Below, piece by piece: positions 55,009-58,946 of a DNA stretch of 58,946 nucleotides. Position numbers and translations under genes: made by a program. Source of the DNA: an uncultured Bacillota bacterium. GTDB lineage: Bacteria > Bacillota_I > Bacilli_A > RFN20 > CAG-631. Position 1 is the stretch's first letter, and each line of letters starts with the position of its first letter. The notes beneath the pieces are model-generated. The model made no database searches. It worked only from the letters and a program-made list of their open reading frames with translations, and was not told where the DNA came from. The stretch is from NCBI GenBank assembly GCA_905197115.1, contig CAJJXN010000002.1, forward strand, positions 1-58,946, given 5' to 3'.

Positions 55009-55038
55009 AAAACCATCGGTTAAATCCGATGGTTTTTT
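55009..55038 (+). terminator. Intrinsic terminator after ferritin gene
   Basis: AAACCATCGG-ttaaat-CCGATGGTTT followed by TTTT. Confidence 0.8.
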
Positions 55039-55092
55039 CATAAATAGAATTATGATAACTAAAGCCTATATCTGGTCTCTATTTTATCTTTT

Positions 55093-55434
55093 TTATTCAC
55101 TGATTGCCTTTTTAAAAATTAATTGAATGTCTTCATCAGATAAAAAGGGATAAAAGACATCTAAATCAATTTCTAACTCATCATTTAATGCTTTTTCTAC
55201 AACATCATGCAATGTCTCTTCAGAAACAAAAGGAAGTAATGTTCTTACACTTTCTTTTTCAGTAATTAGTAAATATAATATTTCATCGACTTTTTCATCA
55301 CTCAAGAAAGGTAGAATATTATTTAGCGAAATACCTTTATATTCTTTTGTTTCAGAATTAAGCACACGATCTACTAACTCATTTAATTGTTCATCCTCTA
55401 ACATAGGTAACATCTTTTTTAAATTGATTTCCAT
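55093..55434 (-). CDS. Small acidic protein made of four ~28-aa repeats
   Basis: 113 aa. Repeats: LPMLEDEQLNELV, LPFLSDEKVDEIL, LPFVSEETLHDVV, YPFLSDEDIQLIF. Confidence 0.6.
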   Translation of the reverse strand: MEINLKKMLPMLEDEQLNELVDRVLNSETKEYKGISLNNILPFLSDEKVDEILYLLITEKESVRTLLPFVSEETLHDVVEKALNDELEIDLDVFYPFLSDEDIQLIFKKAISE

Positions 55435-55446
55435 TTGAAATTCCTC

Positions 55447-55899
55447 CTATTTTTTTAATCGGTTATTTTGAATAAAACGTTGTTCACTTGGTGTTAATTT
55501 ACATTTTAATTCATCATCGATTTCATTATGATTTTTGATAAGTGACGCTAACACTTGAATTCGTTCTTCGTTTGATAATTGATAAAAAATATCACTTATC
55601 TTCACATCTAATTCTTCTTTACAAATCTTTTGAATAATAAAGTGTCGATCATGTCCTTTGAATATATTTTCTTTATCCATTTCAACTTTATCGTTTATAC
55701 AAAGAATTTCTTCCAAAGATACTTCAAAAAATTTTGTTAATTCTACCAAATTATCAATAGTAGGCATAGTTTCTCCATTTTCCCATCTTGATATAGCTTG
55801 TCTTGTAACATGAAGTTTAGATGCTAATTCTTCTTGATTGAAATTTTTATTGTTTCTTAAATTTTGTAGTTTCTTTCCAATGCGTATACAATCTAACAT
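55447..55899 (-). CDS. XRE-family HTH regulator with C-terminal extension
   Basis: 150 aa. LRNNKNFNQEELASKLHVTRQAISRWENGETMP. Confidence 0.8.
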   Translation of the reverse strand: MLDCIRIGKKLQNLRNNKNFNQEELASKLHVTRQAISRWENGETMPTIDNLVELTKFFEVSLEEILCINDKVEMDKENIFKGHDRHFIIQKICKEELDVKISDIFYQLSNEERIQVLASLIKNHNEIDDELKCKLTPSEQRFIQNNRLKK

Positions 55900-56075
55900 T
55901 TCATCCTCTCTCCCTTTTCTTAAGTTGTTTATGAATTACTTTGTATTAATCACTCCTTAATTAAATTAGCTAATTTCTTTTTACATTTTTATTATGCTCA
56001 ATGTTATTTATGAATACAAGCAATTTATAGTTGCTTATAAAAAAAGAATACAGGAATGGCCCTATATTCTTTTGA

Positions 56076-56750
56076 TTATTTTTTAATTAACCCCTTTTCT
56101 TGATAAATCTTTTCATTAATTTTATAAATATCTTTACGAATTTCTAAAGAAAAAATTCTTTTTCCAATAAAGTATGGATAATATCTTGATTGATTTATTA
56201 AACTAACTAAATACGAGTGATGAATCACTTTTTCTTTAATTATATTCACTTTTTTTATAAGCTTATCATGTGAAAAGAAAAACATATTACATTCTTTTAT
56301 TTTTTTTAAACTTTCTGTTTTTAATTTTTTAGTAAAAAGGTATTTTAGTGGCTTTTTATTGCTAATTTCGAAATATCGAAAATTTCTACTTATTAAAGCG
56401 AGAATGTAACTTTTCTTAAAAAGATAATTTGTTAGATTAATTTGATATTCTTGATCATTTACTTTTATCAAAAATAAATTTTTTTGCTCTATGACTTTTA
56501 TATCTAATTTTTCTTCATCTAAATCACTTTTTTTAATTATATTTTCTTTCATATCATTTAAAGGATATAAATTTGTGTATTGATAGAAAATGATTAATAA
56601 AAACAAAATGGTTATTAAATAAAACATAAGTGCAATTACAAACAATAAATAATATTTCTCTTCTGTAAAAATTGCTTGAAGTAATCCAATAATTGTCAAA
56701 ACCATTAATATGGCGTTTACAATTAATAAAACTAAAAATCTTTTTTTCAT
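56076..56750 (-). CDS. Membrane-anchored hypothetical protein
   Basis: 224 aa. Two N-terminal TM segments and a K-rich soluble domain. Confidence 0.55.
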   Translation of the reverse strand: MKKRFLVLLIVNAILMVLTIIGLLQAIFTEEKYYLLFVIALMFYLITILFLLIIFYQYTNLYPLNDMKENIIKKSDLDEEKLDIKVIEQKNLFLIKVNDQEYQINLTNYLFKKSYILALISRNFRYFEISNKKPLKYLFTKKLKTESLKKIKECNMFFFSHDKLIKKVNIIKEKVIHHSYLVSLINQSRYYPYFIGKRIFSLEIRKDIYKINEKIYQEKGLIKK

Positions 56751-56825
56751 TTATAATCACCGTTTCTTCAAAAGTATAAAATTACTTATTTTAACAAAAA
56801 GTACGATTCATTATTAAAAATCATT

Positions 56826-58946
56826 TTACTTTTCTTTATCCTTATCTAATTCAAAAAATTTTTTCATACAATTTATCATATCAGCACCATATGATTGATA
56901 AGTTTTTTCTCCAAGACCATACAATTTAATAAATTCTTCTTTTGTTTCCGGTTTGTATGTTGCCAAACTAACTAAACCCTTATTAGATATAACAGCATAA
57001 GCCGGAACGCCTAACTTTGCAGCAATACTATTTCTTTTTTTTCTAAGAAATTTTAATAACTTCATATTTGTTAAAATATTTTCTTCATCGTCAACAATGA
57101 TTTCAAATCCATCTTTTTCAATCGTTCTAAGTTTTGTTTGAGTTCTATGAACTTGAGCGTATTTTCTTTCTTTTATTTCATCCTCAACTACGTTTTCCAC
57201 TTTTACATCCGTAATTTTACTATTTTTAGGCAATGGCACAGAATCACTTATCTCGTATCGAGCATAAGTCGGTTTATTAATGGAAACATCTTCTTCAAAA
57301 CCATTTTTAAGCCATTTATGATAATATTCACGGCTCATTGTTCGATCACATCCAGTACCATCTACTCTATAATTAGAGCAACCTAAAAAGAAGTCGTCAT
57401 TTTTGCTTTTGACAATTAAATAACCATCTTTACATTCATCACATTTTTGAATGGATAGTTCTTTTCCACCGATTTCATTTGTAATATAATTACAGATTTC
57501 TGGTTCATTTGTGCAAATCCACAATTTCATCCCATAATTTTTGTTCCATTTTAGTTGTAAAGGAAAACCACAAATTGGACACTTCTTAATCTTTCCAACA
57601 TTTGTTTGACTATTTTTGTTAATGTTTCCTATTAAAGTAATATCAGGATAGTCATCAATTAATTCTAAAATAAATTCAGATGGATAATTTTCAGGCGTAG
57701 CAATATAAACCCTATTTTTAGTTCGTGTTAATGCTACATAAAATAAACGTCTTTCTTCCGCATAATCCATAGAAGTATCAAATTTAGTTACATATCTTAA
57801 CACAGGATCATCTTCAATTTTTGATGGAAATCCATAGAGTTCATTTCGAGCATTAATGAGTATTACATTATCATAACCTAAACCTTTAGAACTATGTGCA
57901 GTTAAAAATTCTAATTTAGCATAAGGATATTTTTTACTAAATATTTTCCCATTTTTTTCATCATATACAAAATCATTCGAAAAACACATGTTTCTAGCGT
58001 CAAAACCAAATCGACCAATTAATAGAATGGAAGAAAGCAAACTTTTCCCTTCTTTTTTATTCGTCTCTAAAATTTCACCTATTTGTTTTTCGATGATTTT
58101 TCCTAAATTATAATATTTTCCACCTTTACCATTTGTTAATTTCCGATCAACTTTTTCATCATAGGTATAGATAATAATTGGTTTAGAAATTCTTTTCGGA
58201 GACACTAAAGTCTTTTTTATTTGAACATCATTTTTTTGAACAAAATTACCGGCAATATCAATAACTTCTTGTGCATTTCGATAAGTTTTAGTAATCTTTA
58301 ATTCATCTGCATATCCGAACTTTTCAGAAAAATGAGTAAACAAAGAAACATCTGAACCACTAAAAGCATAAATAGATTGCCAATCATCACCTACGGCAAT
58401 AATTTTTGCATCACATAAATTAGATAATTCTCTGGTCAAATCGAATCTTTGGCGTGAAATATCTTGATATTCGTCTACAATGATATATTTAAAACCTAAT
58501 TTTTCTTTCGAAATACTTTTTTCTCTTAAGATTCGTGCCGAATCATTTATCATATCTTGAAAATCAATTGCATTTTCTAAAGATAATTGTTTTTGATATT
58601 CTAAATAACATTCTTTAGCTATATCTAAAAATAATTTTGACCGAACGTTAGCATATCTTTGCATTCTATAAAAATCATCAAAATCATATCCATCTGTTTT
58701 AAAGTTAGAAATAAATACACACATTAATTTTATAAATTTAAGAATATATTTATTTTCTTCTGTATGAATTAATTTTGAAAATACTTCAACTTTAGAAATT
58801 TCATTTAATTTAAAATTATTTAGAATTAGTTTCTCTTTCAAATGTGAAATTAAATCATTACCATCACTATAAGCAGAATAAGTAAATATTAAATTCGTAT
58901 TATGTTTTTTATGAATTTTTATTTTATCTATTATCTCTTCTTTATA
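56826..58946 (-). CDS. UvrD/Rep-family (helicase IV-like) helicase with two topoisomerase-type zinc ribbons and C-terminal HRDC domain (5' end beyond window)
   Basis: The frame stays open to the window end. Motifs IIVDEYQDISRQR, AVGDDWQSIYAFSG, TAHSSKGLGYDNVIL, LFYVALTRTKNRVYI. Zinc ribbons CPICGFPL...WICTN...C and CDECKDGYL...GCSNY...C. HRDC-like ...AYAVISNKGLVSLATYKPETKEEFIKLYGLGEKT. Confidence 0.8.
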   Translation of the reverse strand, partial: YKEEIIDKIKIHKKHNTNLIFTYSAYSDGNDLISHLKEKLILNNFKLNEISKVEVFSKLIHTEENKYILKFIKLMCVFISNFKTDGYDFDDFYRMQRYANVRSKLFLDIAKECYLEYQKQLSLENAIDFQDMINDSARILREKSISKEKLGFKYIIVDEYQDISRQRFDLTRELSNLCDAKIIAVGDDWQSIYAFSGSDVSLFTHFSEKFGYADELKITKTYRNAQEVIDIAGNFVQKNDVQIKKTLVSPKRISKPIIIYTYDEKVDRKLTNGKGGKYYNLGKIIEKQIGEILETNKKEGKSLLSSILLIGRFGFDARNMCFSNDFVYDEKNGKIFSKKYPYAKLEFLTAHSSKGLGYDNVILINARNELYGFPSKIEDDPVLRYVTKFDTSMDYAEERRLFYVALTRTKNRVYIATPENYPSEFILELIDDYPDITLIGNINKNSQTNVGKIKKCPICGFPLQLKWNKNYGMKLWICTNEPEICNYITNEIGGKELSIQKCDECKDGYLIVKSKNDDFFLGCSNYRVDGTGCDRTMSREYYHKWLKNGFEEDVSINKPTYARYEISDSVPLPKNSKITDVKVENVVEDEIKERKYAQVHRTQTKLRTIEKDGFEIIVDDEENILTNMKLLKFLRKKRNSIAAKLGVPAYAVISNKGLVSLATYKPETKEEFIKLYGLGEKTYQSYGADMINCMKKFFELDKDKEK

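Noticed and set aside
1-58946. Mollicutes genetic code 4 (TGA = Trp)
   Set aside because: Given the AT-richness and lipoprotein load I considered it. However, conserved genes (nusA, tyrS, mutY, the ABC-F gene, the helicases) are full length under the standard code. Trp positions use TGG, and TGA serves as a stop (e.g. the ATGA stop/start overlap at 48405-48408). Reading TGA as Trp does not repair the radical-SAM or KilA-N pseudogenes.

Overview
Very AT-rich chromosome segment that looks like a low-GC Firmicutes/Mollicutes-type genome (Acholeplasma- or Erysipelotrichia-like). It uses the standard code: long ORFs close on TGA and Trp is TGG. Layout, left to right: (1) 1-4.8 kb, the conserved minus-strand block infB(partial)-ylxQ-ylxR-nusA-rimP, then tyrS with a T-box leader. 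(2) 4.9-26 kb, a LacI-type regulator, a cold-shock protein, membrane proteins, an agmatinase plus fused AdoMetDC-like polyamine pair, mgsA, a PHP phosphatase, VanZ, and seven predicted lipoproteins, some very large (GLUG, Big_2, beta-helix). (3) 26.4-28.5 kb, a riboswitch-led putative queuosine-precursor salvage operon (radical-SAM-like protein, YhhQ transporter, P-loop protein). (4) 28.5-38.7 kb, a MacB/FtsX-type ABC exporter, small XRE regulators with membrane partners, and an Lsa-like ABC-F gene with a leader-peptide attenuator. (5) 38.8-53.3 kb, a roughly 14.5 kb defence-type accessory island ending at the 3' end of a tRNA-Ser(GGA) gene. It holds a DUF3883 PD-(D/E)xK nuclease with an N-terminal reader-like domain, a membrane M48-like metalloprotease, a decayed radical-SAM gene, and a translationally coupled HTH / half-methylase / methylase / T5orf172-helicase operon. 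It also holds a tight four-gene cassette (DUF2971 / 4TM protein / minimal nucleotidyltransferase / Abi_2-HEPN) and KilA-N-like gene remnants. (6) 53.4-58.9 kb, mutY, ferritin, an XRE pair, and a partial UvrD-like helicase with zinc ribbons and HRDC. The best candidates for an undescribed system are the four-gene NTase/HEPN/4TM/DUF2971 cassette and the atypical methylase-helicase operon. No rRNA, CRISPR array, transposase or integrase was seen. All family assignments rest on motifs read by eye. No database search was run.
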